Notes: generated from the sequence alone by a model not told the origin. A stretch of DNA of 64,000 nt from Pontibacterium sp. (GCA_049599735.1 JBMYOX010000007.1:7650-71649); one strand, 5' to 3'; positions 10,455 through 20,636 are shown, numbered from the stretch's first letter. Made by a program: numbers and translations.

Positions 10455-11168
10455 CTATTCCAATTCGTCAATATGGCCGGTTTCCACCAGAAATTGCTGA
10501 TAGACAAAGCTGGCTAAAATCAGCCGGGTATCTTCATCCAGCTCAAGAAACTCAACCCCGTGACTGTACACGCTGGCAGGATCTCCTTCGCTCTGATAGA
10601 CATTACGAAGCATAACCGGGGCGAGTATGACCTGATCAATATTAGCAACCGATACACGCAGGGTCAGGTAAAGCTTATCACCCACAGAGCCCAGGGGTGA
10701 CAGAGCTTCAATGCATGCCCCTGACAGGCTTAAATTGCTGCAAAAACTGCTACACGGCCAGACCCCCATCGGCAGGCTGCCTTCTTCATATTCATCCAGT
10801 GAAACTTTCAGGCTAATCGGCACACGGGTATGTTTTCGAATACGCCGCACCTCCAGCCCCTGAGGGTATTCCAGGTGCCAGTAAGAAAAAGGCGTATCCT
10901 GAATTTTAATAATACGGGTCGAAAAAGCGGCGACATAATTGCCACTCATCAGCCTGGCTGTCAGCGCCTGGCCCTCGGCCGCTACGGGTGTATTGCCCGC
11001 AGGGGATACAGGGGAAACCATCAGGCTTTCTCCGTCCTGGTAGCCCAGCAACTGTGCGCTTAAGCGCAGGCGTGGCGAAACGGATTCCAGCTGGATACGA
11101 CCACCCACCTGAGGTTTAAGTTCTGCCAGTGTAAGTGCCGCAGGAAGCTTTTTTACTGCGTCTGTCAT
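10455..11168 (-). CDS. PilZ-domain c-di-GMP receptor (flagellar brake/YcgR-like)
   Basis: RKHTR (RxxxR) and NLSLSG (D/NxSxxG) c-di-GMP motifs; start at MTDAVKKL. Confidence 0.85.
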   Translation of the reverse strand: MTDAVKKLPAALTLAELKPQVGGRIQLESVSPRLRLSAQLLGYQDGESLMVSPVSPAGNTPVAAEGQALTARLMSGNYVAAFSTRIIKIQDTPFSYWHLEYPQGLEVRRIRKHTRVPISLKVSLDEYEEGSLPMGVWPCSSFCSNLSLSGACIEALSPLGSVGDKLYLTLRVSVANIDQVILAPVMLRNVYQSEGDPASVYSHGVEFLELDEDTRLILASFVYQQFLVETGHIDELE

Positions 11169-11252
11169 TGATGTACTTCTGATAATTAGAACCTGAATAA
11201 GCAGGTAAACCAGCCCAGGCCCGCCCACCGCCTGACAGCCATGAACGGCCTG

Positions 11253-12398
11253 CTAAATGATATCCACATCGCCGGCGATCTGAAACCCGATTGCCGATAA
11301 CTGCTGCTTCTGTGTGCCTGAAAGTGTGCCCCGAATGGTCAGGGAACGATACTCGCGACGCCGGGCATAATGCTTGCGCAACTGATCAAAAGCAACCGCG
11401 CGGGCTTCTGCTGATAAGTGTAGCCCGTGACGCAACGCCCGGTCATCTGAATAAGGGTCATACCGCAAACGTATCAGTGCCAGTGCAGAGACATCAGAGG
11501 TCACTCTGACTTCATTAATCTCGGGATCAGGCAAAAAATCATCCAGCCTCTGAGTCACCGGTAAGCCCAGCGCATGACAGCAGGCCTCATAGAGCATAAA
11601 CGTGCCGCGAATTTTACCGTCATAGCTATAACCTGCAATATGCGGGGTCGCAATTTCAGTGAGCGCTACCAGTGCCGGATCAACGACAGGTTCATGTTCC
11701 CAGACATCCAGCACCAGTGTCAGATCATCTCGCTGCTGCTTCACTTTCAGCAGTGCCCGGTTATCAATCACCGGGCCACGTCCGGCATTCAGCAAAATTA
11801 CACCCGGCTTCAGTTTCTCCAGCCGCGCCTCATCCAGCAAATGGTAACTTGGACTTACCCCCGATTTTGTCAGCGGTGTATGCAAACACACCACATCAGC
11901 CTCAGCCAGTAATTCATCCAGCTCAACAAAACCTTCCTCTCCAGCTGCAGCACGGAGTGGATCATTCAACAGTACCTGATAGCCCAAAGCCTTCAGTCGT
12001 TGATGCAATCGTGACCCCACATTACCGACACCCACGATGCCGTATGTACGTGTCCTTGGATCAAAACCCTGAGATTGGGCCAAATGAAACAGTGAGCTCA
12101 GCACATATTCAACCACCGCATCAGCATTACAGCCGGGCGCGCTGCTAAAGGGAATATGTTGCCGGGCTAAATATTCAGTATCCACATGGTCGGTTCCGAT
12201 AGTAGCCGTGCCCACAAAACGAAGATCAGTGCCTTTTAACAACGCCGGGTTAACCTGTGTCACCGACCGAACCAGTAACATATCAGCACCCGCCAGGTCG
12301 TCAGCACAGAGCGTGCGCCCCGGCACACGTTTTACAGTACCTGTCTCTGAAAAAATTTCCTCTGCCAGCGGCATATTTTCATCTGCAACTATATTCAA
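11253..12398 (-). CDS. pdxB: 4-phosphoerythronate dehydrogenase
   Basis: MNIVADENMP, LLVRSVT, GTATIGTDH, PGCNADAVVEY, GVGNVG, LHTPL, LDVWEHEP, TPHIAGYS. Confidence 0.95.
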   Translation of the reverse strand: MNIVADENMPLAEEIFSETGTVKRVPGRTLCADDLAGADMLLVRSVTQVNPALLKGTDLRFVGTATIGTDHVDTEYLARQHIPFSSAPGCNADAVVEYVLSSLFHLAQSQGFDPRTRTYGIVGVGNVGSRLHQRLKALGYQVLLNDPLRAAAGEEGFVELDELLAEADVVCLHTPLTKSGVSPSYHLLDEARLEKLKPGVILLNAGRGPVIDNRALLKVKQQRDDLTLVLDVWEHEPVVDPALVALTEIATPHIAGYSYDGKIRGTFMLYEACCHALGLPVTQRLDDFLPDPEINEVRVTSDVSALALIRLRYDPYSDDRALRHGLHLSAEARAVAFDQLRKHYARRREYRSLTIRGTLSGTQKQQLSAIGFQIAGDVDII

Positions 12399-12562
12399 TT
12401 CAAATTCCTCAGATTACACCCGTTATTTAGCGGGTATATCAAAAAAAGACCCGCTACAACACGCCTGGAAAGTGCTGCAGGCTTTACAAAACCTCAAAGT
12501 TCAGGCTCAATGCGCAAAATCAAAAAGCCCTCAAAAACTCATTATTAATCGGTAACTGGCAG

Positions 12563-12811
12563 TTGATCGTACGCTGGCGAAAAGAGCAAGAGTATTACGT
12601 CGTTCGCCTGTATCAGGACCTGGTTGGCGACTGGATCGTAACCCGGTGCTGGGGAAACTGCGCCCAGAAAATTAATTCTGTCTCTCATACTGTGACCCGC
12701 TCCCATCAGGAGGGTCGCCTCTTATTACGCCAGATAAACCGCGAACAAAAACTACGCGGATTTCGCCCGGCCAAAGACGATGAAATCCAGCTCGGGTTTG
12801 ATTTCAAATAA
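12563..12811 (+). CDS. Small WGR-domain-like protein
   Basis: YYVVRLYQDLVGDWIVTRCWGN...QKLRGF matches the stand-alone WGR pattern; TTG start. Confidence 0.6.
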   Translation: MIVRWRKEQEYYVVRLYQDLVGDWIVTRCWGNCAQKINSVSHTVTRSHQEGRLLLRQINREQKLRGFRPAKDDEIQLGFDFK

Positions 12812-12912
12812 AAGCCTCTCCCCCTATCTCTGGGTAAAGCTTGAATGGCATTATTTTATGTGGTGTTATTCTCAGGTAAGGTCACTCATAAAAATAATTC
12901 CGGGTATATTCG

Positions 12913-14565
12913 ATGAACGATTCTATGTCAGGTTATTACCTGAAGAGCTTTCTCATTGTGGCAGGCCTGTTATTCACCGGCGCTATCATAGCGTTTTTTC
13001 TGGGCATATCATTATACGTACTGGCCGGAGTTATTATCAGTGCACTTTTAACCAGCCTTGTTACCCAGTTAACCCTGCATCGTTCCGTTGTTTCTCCTCT
13101 TATTCAGCAAACATCCACGATTGCCCGGGATCGTACAAGCGGAAATAAACACTACCTGACAGGCTCCCTTGCTGTACTTGCAAAGCTCTGCGAACAGGGA
13201 CGTACCATCAGCACCCTGCTGAGCGACAAAACCAATGCCAATGCCATCGCCGCCGCCGAAGTTTCATTCTCAGCAGACAGCCTCAAATCCAAACTGGATA
13301 TTCAGGTCAGTGAAATCGCCCGAATTGCTGATAACTCAGAGAATATGACACAAACCGTTCAGCAATCCGCAGAGCAAGCCTCCCGGGCCGCCAGACTGGC
13401 TATGCAGGCAAAAGATACCTGCGAAGAAGGGCAACAGTCACTTGAACTGGCACTGCAAAAAATTGAACAGCTCAATGAACAGAGCAGTGAAACCCTGGTG
13501 CTTATTGAGCAACTCAACGAAAAATCCGCCAAAATTCACACCGTCACAAAAGTTATCGAAGAAATTGCAGAACAAACTAACCTGCTCGCACTGAATGCCG
13601 CCATTGAAGCCGCACGGGCGGGTGATCACGGGCGGGGGTTTGCCGTAGTGGCCGATGAAGTACGCCAGCTAGCCGCACGCACAGCCGGAGCAACCGGCGA
13701 AGTGGAAACCATTGTTGATGAAATACAGGCCGAAACCCACCAGGTTGTTTCCCGCATCACCGCGCTGTCGGGCAATGTGGAAGAAGGCAGTGCAATCATG
13801 TCCACGGTCAGTGAGCAACTGGGGGGAATTTCCACACAATCCTCAACCGTTGAAGAACAAGTTTCGATCATCGCTGCCGGTGCAACCAATAATCAGGACA
13901 ATCTGGCACTTATTTCCAGCTCGATTCAAAAGATCCGCACTGAAATCATTGCCAGTGATGAAGAAGTCAGCCAATTGGCCACCCAGGCATCATCCCTTAT
14001 GGAAATTGCCGAAGTCTCAAATGCCGTATTAGCTGAACATACTGACACCAACTATCACACATTCTTTTACGAAACCGCACGCACCTGTGCCGATCACATC
14101 GGTACCATTTTCGAACAGGCCATCGAGTCAGGAGCGCTATCAGAAGCCGATCTGTTTGACCGGGACTACCAGCCAATTCAGGGGACAAACCCGCTAAAAT
14201 ATTCAACCCGCTACGACCAGTTTACAGACCGTGCCCTGCCCTCTGTACAGGAAGCGGCATTACTTGAGCATGACAGCCTGGTCTATGCCATTATCACAGA
14301 CCCCAATGGTTATGTGCCTACCCATAACAATCAGTTTGCCCACCCCCCCACCGGCGATCACAACACAGACCTGGTAAAAAGCCGCAGCAAACGCCTCTTT
14401 AACGACAGAACGGGTATTCGCTGTGGTGCCCACACCAATTCTATGCTGCTACAGACGTATAAACGCGATACCGGTGAGATTATGCACGACCTTTCAGTAC
14501 CGGTTTATGTAAGCAGGCGTCACTGGGGCGGCTTCAGAATTGGCTACTGGCCTGACAAAAGCTGA
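12913..14565 (+). CDS. Methyl-accepting chemotaxis protein with extra C-terminal domain
   Basis: Two N-terminal TM helices; [37 protein letters not shown] signalling hairpin; ~170-aa C-terminal extension. Confidence 0.93.
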   Translation: MNDSMSGYYLKSFLIVAGLLFTGAIIAFFLGISLYVLAGVIISALLTSLVTQLTLHRSVVSPLIQQTSTIARDRTSGNKHYLTGSLAVLAKLCEQGRTISTLLSDKTNANAIAAAEVSFSADSLKSKLDIQVSEIARIADNSENMTQTVQQSAEQASRAARLAMQAKDTCEEGQQSLELALQKIEQLNEQSSETLVLIEQLNEKSAKIHTVTKVIEEIAEQTNLLALNAAIEAARAGDHGRGFAVVADEVRQLAARTAGATGEVETIVDEIQAETHQVVSRITALSGNVEEGSAIMSTVSEQLGGISTQSSTVEEQVSIIAAGATNNQDNLALISSSIQKIRTEIIASDEEVSQLATQASSLMEIAEVSNAVLAEHTDTNYHTFFYETARTCADHIGTIFEQAIESGALSEADLFDRDYQPIQGTNPLKYSTRYDQFTDRALPSVQEAALLEHDSLVYAIITDPNGYVPTHNNQFAHPPTGDHNTDLVKSRSKRLFNDRTGIRCGAHTNSMLLQTYKRDTGEIMHDLSVPVYVSRRHWGGFRIGYWPDKS

Positions 14566-14670
14566 GTTAAACAACAATAAAGTAAGACCTGCGGTTGGCA
14601 GCAACAGCCAACCCCTTTATATTTCAACGTAGTGATACACAAAATAAGTTTAGGTTTACAGCGAGGTAAC

Positions 14671-15873
14671 ATGAGCAAGTTTGATTTTTCAGCAATGCCC
14701 GATAAAGAAGGTTATTTTGGTGAGTACGGCGGCCAGATTATCCCGCCTCAACTGAAAGAAATAATGGATCAGATTGACCGGGCGTATGAGGAGATTCGCC
14801 AGACGCCTGAATTTCAACAGGAACTGGCGACACTTTTTGCTGATTATGTAGGCCGCCCGAGCCCGGTTTACCATGCACAGCGTCTGAGTGATAAACTCGG
14901 CGGTGCACAGATTTTCCTGAAACGTGAAGACCTTAACCACACCGGTGCGCATAAAATCAATCACTGCCTGGGTGAAGCCCTGCTTGCCAAATATATGGGG
15001 AAAACCAAGGTACTGGCGGAAACCGGTGCCGGTCAGCACGGTGTTGCACTGGCAACGGCCTGTGCCCTGGTCGGTATCCCCTGTGAAATTCACATGGGCC
15101 AGATAGATATTGAGAAAGAACACCCCAACGTCACTAAAATGAAGATTCTGGGTTGCAAGCTGGTGCCTGTAACACGTGGTACAGCAACCCTGAAAGATGC
15201 TGTTGACAGTGCGTTTGATGAATACCTGAAAGACCCGGTTAACTACCTCTATGCCATCGGTTCTGTGGTTGGCCCCCACCCCTTCCCCAAGATGGTACGT
15301 GACTTCCAAAGCATCATTGGTACTGAAGCCCGTCAGCAATTCCTGGATAAGTTCGGCAAACTGCCAAACTATGTCACAGCCTGTGTTGGCGGTGGTTCCA
15401 ATGCGATGGGTACTTTTACAGCATTCCTTGAGGATACGGACGTCAGCCTCGTGGGTGTTGAGCCCTCTGGTAAGGGTCTGGAAACCGAAGAGCATTCCGC
15501 AACCCTGACACTGGGTAAACCCGGTCAGATTCATGGCATGAAATGTTATGTACTGGAAACCGAAGACGGTGAGCCTATGCCGGTACATTCCATTGCATCC
15601 GGCCTGGATTATCCGGGCGTTGGCCCGCAGCACAGCTATCTGAAAGATTTAGGCCGGGTACAATACGAATCTGTCACTGATACTGAATGCCTGGATGCCT
15701 TTATGACCCTGTCCCGTGTGGAAGGTATTATTCCTGCTCTGGAAAGTGCCCATGCCGTTGCCTGGGCGATGCGTGCCGCGCCAACCCTGGGCAAAGACCA
15801 GACCATTCTGGTTAACCTGTCAGGCCGTGGCGATAAAGATGCGGACTATGTCGCAGAGAAGCTAGATTTATAG
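14671..15873 (+). CDS. trpB: Tryptophan synthase beta chain (stand-alone paralog, no trpA adjacent)
   Basis: [13 protein letters not shown] (PLP Lys), [41 protein letters not shown]; GAGG RBS before ATG 14671. Confidence 0.9.
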   Translation: MSKFDFSAMPDKEGYFGEYGGQIIPPQLKEIMDQIDRAYEEIRQTPEFQQELATLFADYVGRPSPVYHAQRLSDKLGGAQIFLKREDLNHTGAHKINHCLGEALLAKYMGKTKVLAETGAGQHGVALATACALVGIPCEIHMGQIDIEKEHPNVTKMKILGCKLVPVTRGTATLKDAVDSAFDEYLKDPVNYLYAIGSVVGPHPFPKMVRDFQSIIGTEARQQFLDKFGKLPNYVTACVGGGSNAMGTFTAFLEDTDVSLVGVEPSGKGLETEEHSATLTLGKPGQIHGMKCYVLETEDGEPMPVHSIASGLDYPGVGPQHSYLKDLGRVQYESVTDTECLDAFMTLSRVEGIIPALESAHAVAWAMRAAPTLGKDQTILVNLSGRGDKDADYVAEKLDL

Positions 15874-16021
15874 CCTTAGAACAAAATAGAAAGAATTAGT
15901 TAGGTATTTTCAGTGGGTTAGCCCTGCCGCATGTTTCTAGTTCTTTCTACCCTCCTCTAAACCTCTCCAAAAATTCGCACGTTAATCGCACGCGGAGTTT
16001 GTACCGGTACGGTATTGATGC

Positions 16022-16207
16022 CTGAGCCTCAGCGATGTACTGCAGCTGGATGTTACCGCCCTGCATAAACTGCTGCCTCGTATCACCACCCCGGCCATGA
16101 CAGAGCAAGAAGTTTCACAGCTCGATCTGGCTGACCTGGTTGAGTTAGGTGCCGGTGTTGCCGGTTTTTTTATTCGCAAGGACAAACAAGATTCCCTGAC
16201 TGCGTAG
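16022..16207 (+). pseudogene. P2 gpE-like tail assembly chaperone, 5'-truncated
   Basis: Hand translation LSLSDVLQLDVTALHKLLPRITTPAMTEQEVSQLDLADLVELGAGVAGFF...* resembles P2 gpE C-half; in-frame TGA at 16016-16018 and no start codon. Confidence 0.8.
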
Positions 16208-16332
16208 ACGATGCCATGGCAGATATTGCCGTGGTATTCCACTGGGGGCCAGATGTTATGGCCCCCATGAGCATCGAAGAGCTGATGGACTGGCGAGAAC
16301 GCGCACGAGTGCGCTTTAGCTCGGACAATTAA
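16171..16332 (+). pseudogene. P2 gpE' (E+E' -1 frameshift extension)
   Basis: The -1 frame after T-TTT-TTT (16165-16171) is open: YSQGQTRFPDCVDDAMADIAVVFHWGPDVMAPMSIEELMDWRERARVRFSSDN*, with the MADIAxxFHW/ELxxWRE gpE' signature. Confidence 0.82.
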
Positions 16333-16375
16333 ACCCTGATATAGTTAGAGGACCATAACCCAATGAGACCGACAC

Positions 16376-16489
16376 ATGGATACTGTCATCGCCTGGACAC
16401 TCTTAGGACTGGTCGCCCTTATCGGGCTGGGTCTGGTCTACGGTCTGGGCTCCGCCATCGCCTCTCTACTGACCTCACAGGACAAGTAA
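16376..16489 (+). CDS. Putative 37-aa single-TM small protein inside the prophage relic
   Basis: Hand translation MDTVIAWTLLGLVALIGLGLVYGLGSAIASLLTSQDK*; strongly hydrophobic; absent from the ORF track. Confidence 0.45.
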   Translation: MDTVIAWTLLGLVALIGLGLVYGLGSAIASLLTSQDK

Positions 16490-17289
16490 CCCCGAGCGCC
16501 GCCAGCAACAAGACAGCTGACGCTCTGAAAGAATCTCGCGCCCGGTTAAAGCAGCTGCAGGCACAGCAACGTGATGTAAAAAGCTACCATTCATCTCGTC
16601 TGCAAATTATAAAAAGTACCAAGGCGCTCAACACGCAAAACCAAACATTAAACGAATCGAATGCACTGCTTGAAGACCAGCAAAAACGGCACGTAATAGC
16701 AAAAGCCAACATGCGTAACGCAGAGAAACAGTATCGTCGATTAACAACAGCGATGTTTGATGGCAAAGGGGGTACAGAAGAGTTTAATCACGAGCTGCAA
16801 AGAGCGCAGATCAGCCTCATGGCAAACCAACAAACATTTGAGAAATCGACAAATGCAATCAAAAAATATAAAGGCCGCATCTGGCAAGCAAGAAATCAAA
16901 TCAAGCACTTAAACGAGACACAAGGTAAAGCTCGGCAAAACATGTCTATCTACGGTGACAAACTGGATAAAGCGGGTATTAGCACTCAGAAGCCAGCACT
17001 CAAGTCCCGTGACCTTCGCCGTGAAGAACAACGCACCACCCAGGCGTTTAAAGAGCAAAAGACCCAGTTAGAGAACATCACCCGCCTGCAATCTAAACTA
17101 ACCAAACTGCGCAACAGCGGCATGATGGTGGGTGCTCATGGCGCCGCTGCAACCTTCGCCGGTCAACAGTCACTGCGCGGTATATTTGGCATGCTGCAAC
17201 CCGGTATCTCTTTTGGCGAGCAGATGAGTGCCGTGCAGGCCATAACACGGCTGGATAAAAACGACTCCCAGTTCGAAATGCTAACCAGA
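16490..17289 (+). pseudogene. Phage tail tape-measure protein fragment
   Basis: Coiled-coil ALKESRARLKQLQAQQ... leading to FGEQMSAVQAITRLDKND (start of the TP901-type core), then homology is lost; N-terminus missing. Confidence 0.75.
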
Positions 17290-17334
17290 TGGCAGAGAAG
17301 CCAGGACTCTGATTCTGTAACCCTGGCGATGCAT

Positions 17335-17364
17335 AAACCCGGACATGTTCCGGGTTTTCTTTTT
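17335..17364 (+). terminator. Rho-independent terminator
   Basis: AAACCCGGA-catgt-TCCGGGTTT followed by TCTTTTT. Confidence 0.7.
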
Positions 17365-17468
17365 ATACAGCCCTGCTCCCCAAAAATTCCATACATTCGA
17401 GCCCTCAAACGCTGGTTTATTAAATGAATACTGGTTAGGGTAACGCCTCAAATTTAAGGATTCAGGCC

Positions 17469-18380
17469 ATGCATGTACGCAGTACCCGCGCAGATATTTT
17501 ATTAATTATAGTTGCTACTATCTGGGGGCTCGCCTTTGTCGCTCAGCGTATGGGCATGGAAAACCTCGGACCGCTGGGCTTTAATGCTGCCCGTTTTCTG
17601 CTTGGCGCACTTTCGTTACTGCCTCTGCTGCTTATTTTTAAACAAAAAACAAAACCTGAAACCTTTAATTCATTGTTAAAAGCCGGTGGGCTGGCCGGGC
17701 TGGTGCTGTTTGTAGGTGCCACACTTCAGCAGGCGGGGCTTGTTTATACAACCGCATCTAATGCGGGTTTTATTACCGGGCTCTATATTGTGCTGGTGCC
17801 GTTATTCGGCCTGACCATCGGCGAAAAAACCAGCGGCAATACCTGGGCCGGTGCAATTTTAGGTGCATTGGGCCTGTATTTACTCAGTGTCAGTGAGGCA
17901 TTCAGCATTAACCCGGGTGATTTGCTGGTACTGGCAAGTGCAACTGCCTGGGCTGCCCATGTATTGCTCATCAGCCGACTGGCCCCTAAACACGATAACC
18001 TGCGCCTGGCGATTGCTCAGTTTTTTGTCTGCGCTCTGCTTAGTGCTATCGCCGCATTATTTTTAGAAACAAACACCCTGGTGCTGGAGAATTTCATAGC
18101 GGCCTTCTGGCCAATCGTCTACGCTGGCCTGTTTTCGGTTGGCATTGCCTATACCCTGCAGGTGGTAGCACAGAAAGACGCCCCCCCCTCCCATGCCGCC
18201 ATTATTATGAGCCTGGAAACGGTCTTTGCAGCAATCGGCGGCTGGTATGTACTGAACGAGCAACTAAATAGCCGTGAACTACTGGGCTGCGGACTGATGT
18301 TAACAGGCATGTTGCTGTCCCAGCTGCCTCTGAAAAAATTGTTCAGGACTGATAAAAAATCCACAGCCGATCTTATATAA
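17469..18380 (+). CDS. EamA/DMT family transporter
   Basis: ~10 TM helices, duplicated EamA halves, IWGLAFVAQR, ASNAGFITGLY, IMSLETVFA. Confidence 0.9.
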   Translation: MHVRSTRADILLIIVATIWGLAFVAQRMGMENLGPLGFNAARFLLGALSLLPLLLIFKQKTKPETFNSLLKAGGLAGLVLFVGATLQQAGLVYTTASNAGFITGLYIVLVPLFGLTIGEKTSGNTWAGAILGALGLYLLSVSEAFSINPGDLLVLASATAWAAHVLLISRLAPKHDNLRLAIAQFFVCALLSAIAALFLETNTLVLENFIAAFWPIVYAGLFSVGIAYTLQVVAQKDAPPSHAAIIMSLETVFAAIGGWYVLNEQLNSRELLGCGLMLTGMLLSQLPLKKLFRTDKKSTADLI

Positions 18381-18419
18381 AAACCACACATCTATAACAA
18401 GCTATAAAAGTATTCACTC

Positions 18420-19451
18420 ATGACCCAATACAACGCCATACCTACCAATATTATTACCGGCTTCCTGGGCGTGGGGAAAACCACCGCCCTGAACCAGCTG
18501 TTAAAACAAAAACCCGACAATGAAGTCTGGGCGGTACTGGTCAATGAGTTTGGTCAGATAGGGGTTGATCAAACCATGTTGCCTGCTGAAGAAGGGCTGC
18601 ATATCCGTGAGCTGGCCGGGGGTTGTATCTGCTGCGCCTTAGGCCCTTCTCTGCCGATTACCCTGACCATGCTGATTCGGCGCAGCAATCCTGACCGGCT
18701 GATTATAGAACCCACCGGATTAGGGCACCCCGAAGGCATTATTGATGTATTGCAGGGCATCAGCTTTAAAGACGTGCTGGATCTGCGGGCAACGGTCTGT
18801 CTGCTGGATCCACGGGCCTTTGAGCAACCAGAAGTAATGGCCAGCGAAACCTTCCAGGATCAGATCAACCTGGCCGATGTGGTGGTAATCAATAAATGTG
18901 ATCTGGCAGAACCAGGCCTGATTGATAAAGCCGATAAGCTGCTGTCGGGCCTTTTCCCCCCCAAGCAGCAGATACTGCGCGCAGAACAGGCTAAGATTCC
19001 CCTGGAGGTGTTGGATCTTGTACGCGATGGCCAGTTAAACGCACAGTTTCCGCAGGCTCATGCAACACAAAACGCAACAATCCCACCTGTCCATCAGGCC
19101 GCTCCATCCCGTCTGCCACAGCCCGTTCCTCTTCCTAATAAACCCATCAGAAAATTAGGAGAAGGCCAGGGCATGATCAGTTGCGGCTGGATTTTTCATC
19201 GCGATGACACTTTTAACTATGATGCCCTTTGCGAAATGCTCAACAGCATAAACGACGTGCAGCGTATTAAAGGCGCTTTTTGCATTGGCTACGCCTGGGT
19301 TGCCTATAACCGCGTCCTTGAGGACCACAATATAAGTAAGCTGGCCTATCGCCGTGACTCACGCCTAGAGATTATCACCTCCCAGCCACTGAACTGGACT
19401 CAGGTCGAACAGCAGCTTCTGGCCTGCCTACAAGTGGATCAATCAGAATAA
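18420..19451 (+). CDS. COG0523/CobW family G3E GTPase metallochaperone
   Basis: TGFLGVGKTT P-loop, NEFGQIG, GCICC metal motif, IEPTGLGHP, INKCD. Confidence 0.92.
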   Translation: MTQYNAIPTNIITGFLGVGKTTALNQLLKQKPDNEVWAVLVNEFGQIGVDQTMLPAEEGLHIRELAGGCICCALGPSLPITLTMLIRRSNPDRLIIEPTGLGHPEGIIDVLQGISFKDVLDLRATVCLLDPRAFEQPEVMASETFQDQINLADVVVINKCDLAEPGLIDKADKLLSGLFPPKQQILRAEQAKIPLEVLDLVRDGQLNAQFPQAHATQNATIPPVHQAAPSRLPQPVPLPNKPIRKLGEGQGMISCGWIFHRDDTFNYDALCEMLNSINDVQRIKGAFCIGYAWVAYNRVLEDHNISKLAYRRDSRLEIITSQPLNWTQVEQQLLACLQVDQSE

Positions 19452-19534
19452 GGATGCGACAATCAGTCACATTCCCGCACCCCCGGCCAACCCACTAGAA
19501 TAGGGGTCAGTCGCGGGTTATACCGATTTATAAA

Positions 19535-20020
19535 ATGACGGATTCTCTTTTGCCTAAGCGCCTGTTACCCCTTTTAAGTATTGGCCTGCTGGCCGTATCA
19601 CTGATCTTTGCCGTACTCTGGCTGCCTGAACTGTTAAAACCTTCAGCGGCACAGAACCTGATCCTGACAACGGATAACAACTGCAGCATTAAAGAATCGG
19701 CTTGCACCGCCCGCTCAGGCAAGCATTCCGTCACACTCAGGGTTGCACCCCGGGAAATAAAAAGTGCCATTCCCCTGGATTTTCAGGTGCAACTTGAAGG
19801 CATTGATGCCAGTGCAATCAGTTTAAACCTGGAAGGCAGGGATATGTTTATGGGAATAAATCAGGTTGCACTTCAGCCAACTCCCAATCAAGAAGGACAC
19901 TGGCAAGGTGTCAACGAACTGGGGGCCTGCACAACCGGCGAAATGGTCTGGCGCGCCCGCCTGAATATCCAGACTAAAAAAGATACTTTTGAAGCCCACT
20001 TTGACTTTAGTGCCCGATGA
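19535..20020 (+). CDS. Membrane-anchored hypothetical protein co-oriented with SCO
   Basis: N-terminal TM anchor, conserved-looking Cys residues and GRDMFMG motif; stop overlaps the SCO start (ATGA). Confidence 0.75.
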   Translation: MTDSLLPKRLLPLLSIGLLAVSLIFAVLWLPELLKPSAAQNLILTTDNNCSIKESACTARSGKHSVTLRVAPREIKSAIPLDFQVQLEGIDASAISLNLEGRDMFMGINQVALQPTPNQEGHWQGVNELGACTTGEMVWRARLNIQTKKDTFEAHFDFSAR

Positions 20021-20631
20021 AAAAATCTAAATTAACGACCCTGCGTGCCTTATTAATCCTGACTGCCTTTTTGCTGATTGGCATGAGCCTGGCCTTTTAT
20101 TTTCGCCCCCAGCCTGTTGAGCAGCGCATTGCGCAGGGCGAAGAACTGGGCGGCGATTTTTATCTGCAAACTGCGGACGGTGATATACGACTGGCCGATT
20201 TTGAAGGCAAAGCACTGGTCTTTTACCTGGGTTATACCTCCTGTCCGGACGTATGCCCGACAGGACTGGCGATACTTTCACAAGGTTTGTATGGCCTTTC
20301 GCCTGAAGAGCAATCTCAGGTTAGTGGTCTCTTTATGAGTGTTGATCCCGACCGGGATAACCTTGAAAAACTGAAGCAGTATGCCGGCTTTTTCCACCCC
20401 AATATTATCGGGGCTACCGGCAGCCGCAAAGAAATTGATCGTGTTGTGAAACAATATGGTGGTTTTTACCGTATCGGCGAAAAAACTGATTCAGCCTCAG
20501 GGTATGCGGTTGATCACTCCTCCCGGTTTTACCTGATCGACCGTCACGGAAAGCTGTCATCCACGATGATGCATACCAGCCCACCGGAACATTTATCTGC
20601 AGCACTGCGGCAGATTTTAAGCCAGGAATAA
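20017..20631 (+). CDS. SCO1/SenC family copper chaperone
   Basis: GYTSCPDVC (CxxxC), SVDPDRD, AVDHSSRFYLID with conserved His. Confidence 0.93.
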   Translation: MKKSKLTTLRALLILTAFLLIGMSLAFYFRPQPVEQRIAQGEELGGDFYLQTADGDIRLADFEGKALVFYLGYTSCPDVCPTGLAILSQGLYGLSPEEQSQVSGLFMSVDPDRDNLEKLKQYAGFFHPNIIGATGSRKEIDRVVKQYGGFYRIGEKTDSASGYAVDHSSRFYLIDRHGKLSSTMMHTSPPEHLSAALRQILSQE

Positions 20632-20636
20632 CGAGG

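Larger units (their letters stand above)
16022..17289 (+). mobile_element. P2-like prophage tail-module remnant (E, E', tape measure fragments)
   Basis: Consecutive truncated P2-type tail chaperone, frameshift extension and tape-measure coding segments; no other phage genes in the window. Confidence 0.8.

Noticed and set aside
14689-15633. 314-aa antisense ORF
   Set aside because: Shadow of trpB; no motifs.
16363-17427. 354-aa ORF as an intact gene
   Set aside because: Chimeric: the first ~45 codons are the shadow frame of the 37-aa TM ORF, the middle is a tape-measure fragment, and the tail runs through a terminator.
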